A stretch of DNA of 64,000 bases, taken from the IMG/VR virus record IMGVR_UViG_2974521666_000001. One strand, 5' to 3'. A program made the position numbers and the translations under genes. Below are positions 1 to 9,483 of this stretch, piece after piece (within the stretch, counting starts at the first letter, position 1; every line of letters starts with the position of its first letter). This DNA comes from a virus. The notes beneath the pieces are model-generated. The model was given only the letters and a program-made list of their open reading frames with translations, searched no databases and was not told where the DNA came from.

Positions 1-1
1 G

Positions 2-1807
2 GGCCTGTTTCCCATAGACAAGGTACCGGATAAGCCCCACCCACACTGCCGGTGCTTCGTCACGCCTGAAGAGGCCGATGACGAGATGCTGGAGCACATG
101 TTTAACAGTGGGCAGCTAGATGACTACCTGGACAACTTCATTGAAGGTGGCGACGACGCAGTACCTCTTACTGAGGCAATTGGTTCCTTGAAGGGTGGCC
201 CAGAGCCGTTCGACATGATTCCGTCGCCGCCCGAACCAGCCACCACTAAGGCCGCGCAGCCCAAGGGCTGGACTGGACCTCTGGTGGCTAAGGCTGCTGC
301 GAATGAAACCGTTAGGGCGACAACCAATTCCATCTGGAAGGCTAATGTTGCCCGGCTTGCCTTCCTGAACAAGGCCCGTGAGGGCTCCAGAATCGTTGAG
401 ACCAAAGGCTATAGGGGCGGCCTGTCTTCAGCCGGCAAGAAAGCCATGCTGGGACATGATCTTGAGGTTGATGCCCCTGACTCCATGGCCTTGGACGTTG
501 GCCGTGAGCTAACGGCTCGCATTGCGTACTCTGAAGGTACAACCCAAGAGCTATTCCACGCTATCAATCTCGAGGGCGCTGATATTGACCGGCTGATTTC
601 TGGCTCGGCCGACATCAGCATCCCTTTGACGCAGGTATCCACTACTGCTGCAGATGCTTTCGAGGCTGCTGCTGCGTTGAAGAACACGGAAACCCGTGTG
701 CTGCTACGGTTTAAAGAGGGCACCAAGGCAGCAGAGATTGACCCCACCCGGCAAGTCACCATGGGGTGGCTTAAGGTCAACGGTGGCGTAAAACGTAGTG
801 AGCCATCGGGAGGCCACTACTACATTCTGGATGTGGAACAACGCGACGTCCGCGAATTCGAGGCCTTTACTCCTGAGGGACAAACGATTCCGGACTTTGA
901 GCTAATTCAGGAAAACAAGCTTGTCAGCGCCGCTACGAAGGTAGACCCTAGCGACACTAAGAAAGTCGCCGGCTCCCCTGTCGTTGAACCTGAGCCAGAG
1001 TTCAAGACTGTGCGGCAACGTATCTCTGAGTCCAAGGACATCTTCGAGATTCGCACAATCCTCAAGGAAGAGTACTATTTTCAACTTAACAACTGGGACG
1101 ATCAGCACCTTGATCTTGCGTCCGCCAAGGAAATTGCTCTTGGCCTAGAGAAGAACATTTCCAAGTACCCAGAGGCCCTGGACACACTGACTCACGTTGA
1201 GATATGGCCCAACGATGCTATGGACGGGGCCTATGCTCACGTACAACCGGAGTGGGACGGTTCATCGAAGTTGCGTCTCAACGTCAAGTTCGCCAACAAC
1301 TATGCTCAAATGGAGAAGAGCAAGAAGAGTGGTGAGACAAGGCGTTGGACCACCACTGGAGCAGGCACCAACCCGTGGGATGCCACCATCACGCACGAGT
1401 TTGGCCATGTGTTGGATTGGCGTTACACGCGTATGGATTCATGGAAAGATCTGAACGCCATTATGGAGAGTGAGTACGCCAAGGCCAATCCAGCGTACAA
1501 GAAGGATAACCACACCCTTGCTGGCCGTAAGAAATTGGTATCCAGGTGGCTCGGCGAACGAGATGTGATCGAGGACTACCACCCTGAAACAGGGGAGAAG
1601 AAAGCATTCTACCGGCACATTGGCGGTGCCCCCAGCGGCTACTCGGTGAGTAAACCTAATGACTGGGGATTCAACCCGGCTGAGCTAGTGGCAGAATCAT
1701 TTACGGACGTGGAGCGTAACGGGGACGGGGCCAAGCCAACATCTAAGGCAGTCCACAAGTGGCTCATGAGGAAACGTAAGAAGTTACAACAGGAAGGCGT
1801 GATGTGA
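2..1807 (+). CDS. MuF-like minor capsid/head-morphogenesis protein, 5' end outside window, with long C-terminal extension carrying an HExxH metallopeptidase motif
   Basis: Frame of ORF 86..1807 stays open back to nt 2 (..KPHPHCRCFVTPEE), which is the HPxCRC end typical of Phage_Mu_F/SPP1 gp7 domains. HEFGH at nt 1394-1408. Lies upstream of scaffold and capsid genes. Confidence 0.6.
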   Translation, partial: GLFPIDKVPDKPHPHCRCFVTPEEADDEMLEHMFNSGQLDDYLDNFIEGGDDAVPLTEAIGSLKGGPEPFDMIPSPPEPATTKAAQPKGWTGPLVAKAAANETVRATTNSIWKANVARLAFLNKAREGSRIVETKGYRGGLSSAGKKAMLGHDLEVDAPDSMALDVGRELTARIAYSEGTTQELFHAINLEGADIDRLISGSADISIPLTQVSTTAADAFEAAAALKNTETRVLLRFKEGTKAAEIDPTRQVTMGWLKVNGGVKRSEPSGGHYYILDVEQRDVREFEAFTPEGQTIPDFELIQENKLVSAATKVDPSDTKKVAGSPVVEPEPEFKTVRQRISESKDIFEIRTILKEEYYFQLNNWDDQHLDLASAKEIALGLEKNISKYPEALDTLTHVEIWPNDAMDGAYAHVQPEWDGSSKLRLNVKFANNYAQMEKSKKSGETRRWTTTGAGTNPWDATITHEFGHVLDWRYTRMDSWKDLNAIMESEYAKANPAYKKDNHTLAGRKKLVSRWLGERDVIEDYHPETGEKKAFYRHIGGAPSGYSVSKPNDWGFNPAELVAESFTDVERNGDGAKPTSKAVHKWLMRKRKKLQQEGVM

Positions 1808-2028
1808 TCCCGGACAATTTCGACAGCAGGCCCGCATTTAACCGAGCACTTACTAACGCTAAAGAACACGGCCGCATGTGCCCCTTTGGCATAGGGTTGT
1901 CTACGGATACTATGCAGGCCATCAACGCGGTGGCTAAGGCGTACCCGAGCGCAACGGACGACCTAGTGGCACAGGCGCAGAACGCATTTCAGCGTGAAGT
2001 GGAACAGGAAGCCCTAGGACTGCAATAG
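1804..2028 (+). CDS. hypothetical protein (74 aa)
   Basis: GTG start overlapping the upstream stop (GTGA). On the coding strand. No recognisable motif. Confidence 0.4.
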   Translation: MIPDNFDSRPAFNRALTNAKEHGRMCPFGIGLSTDTMQAINAVAKAYPSATDDLVAQAQNAFQREVEQEALGLQ

Positions 2029-2131
2029 TTTCCGGCGATTTCGTTTGCGTGCCAACCCCCAGGCGCGGCCGACCGTGGGGTATCATCGCCTTCAAGCGAG
2101 CCTGCCGACCACTGAAAAGGTTAGAGACGCA

Positions 2132-2905
2132 ATGAAATCCTCCGAAGCTTTCGCCCTGTGGCCCATCCCGCCGTTTGGCGGTGAGACAGATGATGATACG
2201 TCTGGCGACGGCGCTGGTTCTGGCGATGGCGCAGCCGGTGGCGCTACGGGTACCGGTGGCACCCAAGGCAATACAGGCAAGGCTGACACCTCCAGTTCGT
2301 CTACTGGTGACGACACCGACGACGATGACGACGAATTCGCCGGCTTGACTCCTACGGAGATTAAGGCTTTGGCGAAGAAGAAGGCCCAGGAAGCCAAGGC
2401 GGCTGAAAAGGCCCGTAAAGAGGCACAGGCCAAGATCGACGCTGAAGAGCGGAAGAAGAACGACGAGGTCACCAATCTCCGCAAGGACGTTGAGGATCGC
2501 GACAACACCATTGCAACTCTACGTGCTACAGTTGCCAAGCAGGCCATTGAGGCTGCCATTCGTGACGATGGCCGCTGGTCATGGCACGACGTGGAGATGG
2601 TGGCTACCGTTGCAGCTCAAATCAATCCGGACATTGCCGTGAATGACGAGGGCAAGGTTGAGGGGTTGAAGGCAGCCCTTCCAAAGGTTGCCAAGCAGCA
2701 CCCGTTCCTGGTCAAGGAAGACAAGTCTTCTGTAGACAATGGGAACCAGGGTGGTAACGCCGGTGGCCGTCAGCAGCAGGCTGGTGGAAACGGCGGCGTT
2801 ACAGGCTTTCAGCCCGGTCAGGGCGGGACCAGTGGGGGTGCCGGGAACGAAACCGACACTAAGGCACTGGCAGAAAACTACCCGGCGCTCGCTGGCCGTA
2901 TCTGA
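2132..2905 (+). CDS. scaffolding protein (putative)
   Basis: ATG 2132 inside ORF 2045..2905. Ala/Lys/Glu-rich coiled-coil core (KKKAQEAKAAEKARKEAQAKIDAEERKK) with Gly/Asp-rich ends. Sits immediately before the capsid genes. Confidence 0.55.
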   Translation: MKSSEAFALWPIPPFGGETDDDTSGDGAGSGDGAAGGATGTGGTQGNTGKADTSSSSTGDDTDDDDDEFAGLTPTEIKALAKKKAQEAKAAEKARKEAQAKIDAEERKKNDEVTNLRKDVEDRDNTIATLRATVAKQAIEAAIRDDGRWSWHDVEMVATVAAQINPDIAVNDEGKVEGLKAALPKVAKQHPFLVKEDKSSVDNGNQGGNAGGRQQQAGGNGGVTGFQPGQGGTSGGAGNETDTKALAENYPALAGRI

Positions 2906-2951
2906 TAGCGGCGCTAGGTAATCTGTTCCTACCGAGACTGAAAGGGATACA

Positions 2952-3620
2952 GTGAGTAGGTACGACAAGTACGATCCGAAGAATGGAGGATACCGGGCTC
3001 CCCTGGCATCCGACTTCTCGGCATCGAATCGTGAACGCTTGCTTGGCGTTGGGCATGACGCCCAGGGCCGAGTGGTCATTGGCGCTGGTGTCTCTGGCAT
3101 CACGGGCGTGCTCGTTTTGACCAAGGCACGCAAGGCCGGTGAAATCATCGACGTTATGACCAGCGGTGAGATCGTGGAATTCGGTCCTACGCTTGGTGTT
3201 CCGGGCGTGGATTTCGGTGAGCCTGGTACCGTATATTTCTCGGACGACTTGGGCAATGTCAGCTCGGGTAACGAAGAGGTGCAGACGGTTACTGTCACCA
3301 ACGACGAGAACCCCTTCACCCTCAGCTGGGACGGCGCTGGCCCGACGGCAAGCATTCCCGGGAACGCCACTGCTGCAGCGGTTCAGACGGCTCTGGAAGG
3401 CCTGAGCAACATCGATCCTGGTGACGTTGTGGTGACCGGTGAAGCCGGTGGCCCCTACGCAGTCAAGTTCACCGGACGGTACAACGACACCGACGTTCCG
3501 CAGATGACCGGTAGCAACGCTACCGTTTCCACCACGACCGCCGGAGGTTCAACCACTGGCCTTACCCGCGTAGGCCATACGGTGTCCGGTCAGCGCCTGA
3601 TTGTGAGGGTTGAGCACTGA
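2952..3620 (+). CDS. capsid-associated protein (possible decoration/auxiliary head protein)
   Basis: GTG after a GAAAGGGA RBS. 222 aa between the scaffold and major capsid genes, with its stop overlapping the capsid start (TGATG). Function inferred from position only. Confidence 0.4.
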   Translation: MSRYDKYDPKNGGYRAPLASDFSASNRERLLGVGHDAQGRVVIGAGVSGITGVLVLTKARKAGEIIDVMTSGEIVEFGPTLGVPGVDFGEPGTVYFSDDLGNVSSGNEEVQTVTVTNDENPFTLSWDGAGPTASIPGNATAAAVQTALEGLSNIDPGDVVVTGEAGGPYAVKFTGRYNDTDVPQMTGSNATVSTTTAGGSTTGLTRVGHTVSGQRLIVRVEH

Positions 3621-4849
3621 TGAACACTGCACTGCTTGAGAGTGACCTGAAGATGTTGCGGGACAACCCCTCTCTTCGCTCACTCCTGACGCGACTTCCG
3701 TTCGGCGGAGAAGACACTGCAGGCGGTTACGGCACTGAGGGCGATATCGTCTACACGACGAACGACAACGTCGACCTCAACGCGCTGTGGGCTGAAGCGC
3801 AGCAGGCTCTTACGATCTGGAACCAGGGCCGGAACAAACTGGTTTCTCTACTGACCTACCAGGTTACAAAGGAAATCGAGGAAGTGCCTCAGGTCGGCGA
3901 AGCTACCTTCGAGGAAGCGTCGGAATTCGGTGAGCCTGAAGGCGAACGGCTGAAGCTTGGCTACTTCCAGCTTGGTTTCGACTTCAAGGACTACGACCGG
4001 GCCACCCGCTTCACCTGGAAGGCGTTGCGAGACATGGACGCCCGTCAGGTGCGTGCGGTCAACAACGCCATGCTGCAGGCCGACGAGCGTCTCGTGTTCC
4101 GGAAGGTCATGGAGGCCATCTTCGACAACCGCAATCGCGAGACGGACATTCGGAACAACCCGTATCCGGTGTACCCACTCTACAACGGTGATGGCACCGT
4201 GCCGCCGTCCTACGGAGACAACACCTTCGACGGCACACACGACCACTACCTCGTGAGCGGCAATACCCTCATCGACAGCGGTGACCTGGAAGATGCGTAC
4301 GAGCATCTGTTCCATCACGGTTACAGCATCGAAAACGGTACGCAGATCATCTGTCTGATGAACCGTCGCCAGATCAAGGAAGTCCGGAAGTTCCGGATGG
4401 GCCAGGTCAACAACAACGGCGTTGAGGCCAATTACGATTTCGTGCCCTCTCGCAACCAGCCTGCCCAGTTCCTCGATGGGCCGTTGGGACTCATCGGCAC
4501 TCTTCCGCCCGACTGGTGGCAAGGTCTGCGGGTGAGCGGCAGCTACGATGACATCCTGATCATCGAGCAGCCGTTCATTCCTGACGGGTACTTCCTGATG
4601 TTCGGCGCTGGTGGAGCCGGCAATCTGCAGAACCTCGTAGGCTTCCGGGAGCACAAGAACCCGGTGTACCGTGGCCTGCGCATTCTGCCGGGCCGTGACG
4701 CTGGCTACCCGCTGATCGAGTCCTACTACACTAGGGCTTTCGGTACCGGTATCCGCCAGCGCGGTGGTGCCGTGGTCGTCCAGATCAAGGAGGACGGCGC
4801 TTACGAACCTCCCGAGCAGTACACCCGTGGTCTGGATCTGATTGCCTAG
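3620..4849 (+). CDS. major capsid protein
   Basis: 409-aa ORF directly after the scaffold/auxiliary genes and followed by a 16-bp hairpin. Size and position are typical of HK97-fold capsid genes. Confidence 0.65.
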   Translation: MNTALLESDLKMLRDNPSLRSLLTRLPFGGEDTAGGYGTEGDIVYTTNDNVDLNALWAEAQQALTIWNQGRNKLVSLLTYQVTKEIEEVPQVGEATFEEASEFGEPEGERLKLGYFQLGFDFKDYDRATRFTWKALRDMDARQVRAVNNAMLQADERLVFRKVMEAIFDNRNRETDIRNNPYPVYPLYNGDGTVPPSYGDNTFDGTHDHYLVSGNTLIDSGDLEDAYEHLFHHGYSIENGTQIICLMNRRQIKEVRKFRMGQVNNNGVEANYDFVPSRNQPAQFLDGPLGLIGTLPPDWWQGLRVSGSYDDILIIEQPFIPDGYFLMFGAGGAGNLQNLVGFREHKNPVYRGLRILPGRDAGYPLIESYYTRAFGTGIRQRGGAVVVQIKEDGAYEPPEQYTRGLDLIA

Positions 4850-4861
4850 CAATCGGTTCCA

Positions 4862-4902
4862 CTGAGGAGGGCCAGTGGCTTCTGGTCACTGGCCTTCCTC
4901 AG
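4862..4902 (+). terminator. strong hairpin after capsid gene (terminator/mRNA stabiliser)
   Basis: CTGAGGAGGGCCAGTG (4862-4877) pairs with CACTGGCCTTCCTCAG (4887-4902): 16 bp including one G-U, with a 9-nt loop. Confidence 0.55.
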
Positions 4903-4925
4903 ACCAAATATCGAAGGGGGACAAC

Positions 4926-5264
4926 ATGTCTCGAGTGATTCGAAACGACCACCTGTGGACTGATGAAGAGGTGGCCTACAAGCTGGCCCGGTGCCTGGGG
5001 CACGAGGTTGCAGCGAACCGTAAGATGTTCGGTCCCGGTGGTCCTCGTGAGGGGCAGGCCCCTGAGCCTGAGGACGACGAGGACGACGGCGTTACGCTGA
5101 GCCTGGATCAGGACATCTACGAGCACGTTCTCAACCTGAAGGTGGAAGACCTGAAGGCAGAACTGAAGCAGCACAGCCTTTCTACTCGTGGCAACGAGCA
5201 AGAGCTGCGGTCCACGCTGGCCCAGTACCTCCAGGATACAAGGGATGCCAACGACAACGAGTGA
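4926..5264 (+). CDS. SAP/HeH-domain protein
   Basis: ATG after AAGGGGGA. C-terminal LKVEDLKAELKQHSLSTRGNEQELRSTLAQYL fits the SAP (Rho-N-like) helix-extended-helix motif. Confidence 0.55.
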   Translation: MSRVIRNDHLWTDEEVAYKLARCLGHEVAANRKMFGPGGPREGQAPEPEDDEDDGVTLSLDQDIYEHVLNLKVEDLKAELKQHSLSTRGNEQELRSTLAQYLQDTRDANDNE

Positions 5265-5613
5265 GCTTGTAGCTCTAGTCAACCGTCACCTTCCGACAGA
5301 CGCCAAACTGTCGGAAGATGATGGTGGCTATGGCTGGACAGACCAGTACGTAGAGGAGTTGCTCTCTACGGGTTTGAAGCCAGCTCAAGTCGTGAGGTTC
5401 TTTTGGTATCAGCGTACACAGGAAACTGCTGAGTACCTAGACCTTTCAAAGCCGTTGTCCCAGATCCATAGGCAGGCTAAGGAAATGCTTGCCTACTGGG
5501 ATACGGTGATACAGACCAACCCTGACGGCATGGAGCCGCTGGATCCCAGTGCTAACCAAAACCGTCACAAGAACATCACTTTCGGAAGCATTGAGAGGCC
5601 GTGGTCGAAATGA
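5245..5613 (+). CDS. head-to-tail connector protein (putative)
   Basis: ATG 5245 inside ORF 5188..5613. Lies between the capsid and tail genes. Function is positional. Confidence 0.4.
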   Translation: MPTTTSELVALVNRHLPTDAKLSEDDGGYGWTDQYVEELLSTGLKPAQVVRFFWYQRTQETAEYLDLSKPLSQIHRQAKEMLAYWDTVIQTNPDGMEPLDPSANQNRHKNITFGSIERPWSK

Positions 5614-5987
5614 AGGCTAGCCTGCTCAATGCACTCCGTAAAGGCACCAATATTAGCCTCAAGATCGATAGCCACACTATCGTTCTCGTACCGCACGAGA
5701 AGACCCACAAGGGTGGTGGCGTGTACGACAATGAGGCCCAAACCCCTAGGCCTCCTCAGCAATTCTCCGTTGAGCAACCATCAGGTGGACTCCGGACGGC
5801 CGAGGGAGCCCTTCTGCACCAATGGGATTATGAGCTTGTCGGCGCATACAACGCCGCAATCGCCATCGGGGACACCTGGACTCACAACGGAATGGTGTAC
5901 CGGGTGACAACGATCATGCCTGACAACGGGTATGAGAAGCGCGCTGCCATAGTGGCCGTAGGTAAGGACCCGGCATATGGCACGTAG
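5610..5987 (+). CDS. head-to-tail connector protein (putative)
   Basis: ATGA overlap with the upstream stop at 5610-5613. Function is positional. Confidence 0.45.
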   Translation: MKASLLNALRKGTNISLKIDSHTIVLVPHEKTHKGGGVYDNEAQTPRPPQQFSVEQPSGGLRTAEGALLHQWDYELVGAYNAAIAIGDTWTHNGMVYRVTTIMPDNGYEKRAAIVAVGKDPAYGT

Positions 5988-6372
5988 TAGCGCTCAGATC
6001 CAGATCACAGGCATTGACCAGATGGCCCGTGCCATGAAAGAGCATGACCAGAAGGTCAAGCGTGCCATGGCTTTTGAGTTCAAGCGAGCTGAGCCGTTAG
6101 CCACTAGTTACGCTAAGAAGAACGCGCCGTGGACAGACCGTAGTGGCAACGCTCGTGCTGGGCTACACGCCAAGGCCCGGTCAATCGACGCAGGCAACGC
6201 GTTTGATTTGACCATGGCACACAGTGTGTTCTACGGCATCTTTCTTGAGACCCGGTGGTCCGGCAAGTACGCAATCCTGTTGCCTACCATCAACTATATT
6301 GGCAAGATTCTGATGCAACGCATTGAGTCTCGCCTAGGGAGGCTTGGGGATACGGGGGTGCCTCGTGAGTAG
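5977..6372 (+). CDS. head-tail adaptor, HK97 gp10-like (putative)
   Basis: 131 aa. KKNAPWTDRSGNARAGL...FYGIFLE resembles the HK97 gp10 family by eye. Gene order supports this. Confidence 0.5.
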   Translation: MARSSAQIQITGIDQMARAMKEHDQKVKRAMAFEFKRAEPLATSYAKKNAPWTDRSGNARAGLHAKARSIDAGNAFDLTMAHSVFYGIFLETRWSGKYAILLPTINYIGKILMQRIESRLGRLGDTGVPRE

Positions 6373-6793
6373 AGCTGCCTTGTTCAACGCTCTCATTGCC
6401 GACGCCACCCTGAACGGCTATGGAATCAATTCTAATACGGTGTTCCACAACTGGTCCAAGGAAGAGCGCCCTACTAACGGTACGGCTTTCGCTATCTTGC
6501 GCTGGGAGGACGAGGCGAAGCCCCTGTGGGGTAGTGAACCCGAGCGCGGGCCTCGCAACCTTACTGCGTGGGTACACTACCCAATTGAGCTGAGTAACGA
6601 CTTCAATAAGGTCACTAGGGTTTTAGACCGCATGGATGACGTTCTCAGAGGGCTCAGAGACGTTGCAGGGAATGATGGTTACAAGCTGTCGTTCGTGCAA
6701 CTTGGCGGCAGGTCACCCGACCTGGTGGATGATGGCTTCAACACCATCACGCGACACGCCAGCTACCAAATCTACTCAGTCCCATCGATTTAG
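6365..6793 (+). CDS. neck/tail-terminator-like protein (putative)
   Basis: GTG 6365 overlaps the upstream end by 8 nt. The N-terminus (LFNALIADATL..VFHNW) resembles DUF3168-type tail-completion proteins by eye. Confidence 0.4.
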   Translation: MSRAALFNALIADATLNGYGINSNTVFHNWSKEERPTNGTAFAILRWEDEAKPLWGSEPERGPRNLTAWVHYPIELSNDFNKVTRVLDRMDDVLRGLRDVAGNDGYKLSFVQLGGRSPDLVDDGFNTITRHASYQIYSVPSI

Positions 6794-6801
6794 GAGAAGA
6801 C

Positions 6802-7203
6802 GTGGCAGAGGACAAGCCGGTGCTCAACCCGCCGACCAAACTTGACGTGGATCTCAGCACCAAAGCTGACGACAAGGCCGCTAAGACGGATGACCCTCGT
6901 CAGGGGTTGCCGACAACCGTACGGTTGCAGGAAAATCAGCCGGCGTACGACTACAGCAAGACGACCAAGGGCACTGATCCTCGGGGCAAGTACGTGCGGT
7001 ACAACGGTGTTGGCACCGTACGGGTCATGGGTCCCAAGGAGTGGAAGGCCGCTGGTGTCAAGTCGGACGACTACTTCGAGTGGAACGTCCTCAACAAGAA
7101 ACGAATCCCGTTGAGTTCGTTCAGCGATGAACAGCTGCAGTATCTGCTGCGTGTGGACGGCCGATTCGAGCTTGTTGAGGACAAGCCGGAAACCAAAGGC
7201 TGA
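6802..7203 (+). CDS. hypothetical protein (133 aa)
   Basis: GTG after a TAGGAGA RBS. Lies in the structural module. Confidence 0.5.
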   Translation: MAEDKPVLNPPTKLDVDLSTKADDKAAKTDDPRQGLPTTVRLQENQPAYDYSKTTKGTDPRGKYVRYNGVGTVRVMGPKEWKAAGVKSDDYFEWNVLNKKRIPLSSFSDEQLQYLLRVDGRFELVEDKPETKG

Positions 7204-7207
7204 CAAC

Positions 7208-7465
7208 ATGACTGTCGCTGTGTCCAGGGTCGAATACCGTTGCAAGGGTAAAGTGCACGGTGTTCGAAAGGTGTATCCCGACGGCAAGGTGTACGTTGAG
7301 ATTCGCTGCAAAGACCACTGGTGCACCGACAGGGAGCCGGGAGTTGTAGTGTTCCACTACTTCGATCCGGAAACTGGGGAACTGCACCACACGCAGAAGT
7401 ACTCCAGTGCAAAACCAACAAAGTCAGAGCGGGTACAGCTCGAATCAGATTGCAACGAAAGGTGA
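7208..7465 (+). CDS. hypothetical protein (85 aa)
   Basis: ATG 7208 inside ORF 7127..7465, 4 nt after the upstream stop. Confidence 0.45.
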   Translation: MTVAVSRVEYRCKGKVHGVRKVYPDGKVYVEIRCKDHWCTDREPGVVVFHYFDPETGELHHTQKYSSAKPTKSERVQLESDCNER

Positions 7466-7472
7466 TTCAGCA

Positions 7473-8330
7473 ATGACTTCCGCATTGGCTACGCAGGCCA
7501 AGTACCCCTTTGGTCTGCGAGATGTGAAGCTGTACCCCTTCATGGACAGTGAGGGCACCCAGCTCGCTGAAGAAGGTTTCGATCTCCCTGCGGCGCAGAC
7601 CTTTTCGTTCGCCGACAGTGAGGACTTCACTGACCTTCGAGGCGACGACGTTCTGTTGGCCAGCCACGGCAATGGCGCACAGGTCAACTGGACCATCGAG
7701 GCCGGTGGTATCAGCCTGCAGGCATGGGCCATTCTCACCGGTGGACAGATCATCGAGGAGGGGGTGGCCCCGAACCGGACCATTACTCTCCGTAAGTGCT
7801 CCGATGACGCACGCCCGTACTTCCAGGTGCGTGGCTTGGCCATGAACGACAACGGCGGCGACACCGTCGGTATCGTGTACCGCGCCAAGTGCAACGGTGA
7901 TGTGTCCGGCACGTTCGGTGACGGCCAGTTCTTCGTCACTAGCGCTGATGGCATTGGTCTTCCTATGCCTGGCACCAAGCTGCTGTACGACTTTGTGCAG
8001 CATGAGAGCCAGACGTTCCTTTCCTTGGAGCCTGAGCCCTTGCCCATCCTGCCGCCGAAGAACGTTGTGGTGGTTGTTCTTTCGCCCACCACTGGCAAGG
8101 CAATTTGGGAGCCGGTTACCGGGTACACCAAGTACTCTTACCAGCTGTCCACCGACGCCGGGGTTACCTGGGGTGCTGCCACTGAAGTCACAGCCAATGA
8201 AGCGTCTCTTACGCTTACGGCTGATACGGATTACCTCATCCGTGTGACTGGCGTTGTTGGCACTGATGTGGGCAACTACGGTACCCCGGTGGCATTCAGC
8301 ACCCCGGCAGAGCCAGGCGGCGGGGACTAA
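7473..8330 (+). CDS. major tail protein with C-terminal FN3/Ig-like domain
   Basis: ATG after a GAAAGGTGA RBS. Lies just upstream of the chaperone/tape-measure genes. The C-terminal ~90 aa (PPKNVVVV..YSYQLSTDAGVTW..YLIRVTG) looks like fibronectin type III. Confidence 0.7.
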   Translation: MTSALATQAKYPFGLRDVKLYPFMDSEGTQLAEEGFDLPAAQTFSFADSEDFTDLRGDDVLLASHGNGAQVNWTIEAGGISLQAWAILTGGQIIEEGVAPNRTITLRKCSDDARPYFQVRGLAMNDNGGDTVGIVYRAKCNGDVSGTFGDGQFFVTSADGIGLPMPGTKLLYDFVQHESQTFLSLEPEPLPILPPKNVVVVVLSPTTGKAIWEPVTGYTKYSYQLSTDAGVTWGAATEVTANEASLTLTADTDYLIRVTGVVGTDVGNYGTPVAFSTPAEPGGGD

Positions 8331-8375
8331 GCCCTACCCTCTAGCAAGACAAGACATTCCGAGAAAGGAAGACCA

Positions 8376-9152
8376 ATGTCCTACCCTGGTGTAGACCCCA
8401 CTGATACCATCACGAAGGAACCTGTTGGGACACAGGAGGTTTCAGTGGGGGAAACCCCTACTCCTGCTGCTCTTTTGGCATCTGCAGCCGGCGACCAAGC
8501 ACCGCAAGATGTTGATGAGGCCGTAAAGGCCGCAGTCAAAGACCTCTTTGCGGTTAACGAAAAAGCCTGGAAGCCTAAGCGGGTCGTCAAGTTCGTTGTC
8601 GATTGCCCGTCGGGGCAGGTGGCGCTGGTGAAGCACCTAGACACACTTGACCTGATCGAACACGATCTGGTTGAGGAACTGGACTTCTTCACCCGCAAGC
8701 TCTTTCCGGCAGACATCGACGCCAGCGGCAATCCTGTAGAGGTGCAAGCCAAGGTGGAGGACAACATCTGGCAGGCCTTGCGTGACCCTGAGAAACGCCG
8801 TCGCTTTCTAGAGGTTACGGGCCGTCTGATGCAAGCAGCGTCGATCAAGCCCAAGATTATTCACGATGGTGTCGTGTTGGTTGAGGACAAGGACAGCGCT
8901 GAAACGGGTAGAAAGACAACCAAGTTCGGCTATGAGCTTGACATGGCAGAACAGCTGGAGCACTTCAAGAGGCCCATCCCACCTCTCAAAGACGGGGAAG
9001 TGTACTCTGGCTATGTCGATTTCGCAGACAGGATGGCCTTCTTCCAAGAGCTGAACAAGCCTTTGGGGATGATCGAACCGTTTCGCGAAGAACAAGCTGC
9101 AGTGCTACAAGATATGGCACGAGGCGAAGGACATGGGGGTGAGACCCAGTGA
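8376..9152 (+). CDS. tail assembly chaperone (G-like)
   Basis: Lies between the major tail and tape-measure genes. Overlaps a downstream ORF that lacks its own RBS. Confidence 0.7.
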   Translation: MSYPGVDPTDTITKEPVGTQEVSVGETPTPAALLASAAGDQAPQDVDEAVKAAVKDLFAVNEKAWKPKRVVKFVVDCPSGQVALVKHLDTLDLIEHDLVEELDFFTRKLFPADIDASGNPVEVQAKVEDNIWQALRDPEKRRRFLEVTGRLMQAASIKPKIIHDGVVLVEDKDSAETGRKTTKFGYELDMAEQLEHFKRPIPPLKDGEVYSGYVDFADRMAFFQELNKPLGMIEPFREEQAAVLQDMARGEGHGGETQ

Positions 9153-9483
9153 GCTATGGGGCATCTCATGGCCGCTGGCAGCCTTCTACTTTGACCGTGC
9201 CCTAAGGAACTGGGCCACATTCGTTGACCGTCGCGTGGAGGAAGCAGAGATGACAGTGCGGATGCAGATGAAAAACCGTAAAGGCACAGACGGTTTCGCA
9301 TTGCAAGCTCGACACGTGGCGTTCAACAAGCTTATGGGCCTAGATGTTTCGAGCGCGTATGCACCTCCACCTGTAGCACCCAATGCCGCTGGCGCGGGCA
9401 AACGCAATTTGCGAGACGTTAGTGCTCCTAAGGTTCTCAGTGCCGAGGGGCATAAGATCGACCTCAGTAAGTTCAACGGATGA
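9133..9483 (+). CDS. tail assembly chaperone frameshift extension (T-like)
   Basis: The +1 frame is open from 9073. A G5 run at 9135-9139 allows tRNA-Gly to re-pair in the +1 frame. There is no usable RBS for ATG 9133. The ORF ends in an ATGA overlap with the tape-measure start. Confidence 0.55.
   Translation: MGVRPSELWGISWPLAAFYFDRALRNWATFVDRRVEEAEMTVRMQMKNRKGTDGFALQARHVAFNKLMGLDVSSAYAPPPVAPNAAGAGKRNLRDVSAPKVLSAEGHKIDLSKFNG

Noticed and set aside
3848-4852. Long antisense ORF (334 aa), and similar minus-strand ORFs throughout (for example 2579-3370, 42130-42762, 55375-56094).
   Set aside because: - They lie fully inside well-supported plus-strand genes.
- They have low-complexity Arg/Ala/Gly/Val-rich translations typical of high-GC antisense frames.
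- They lack RBS context.
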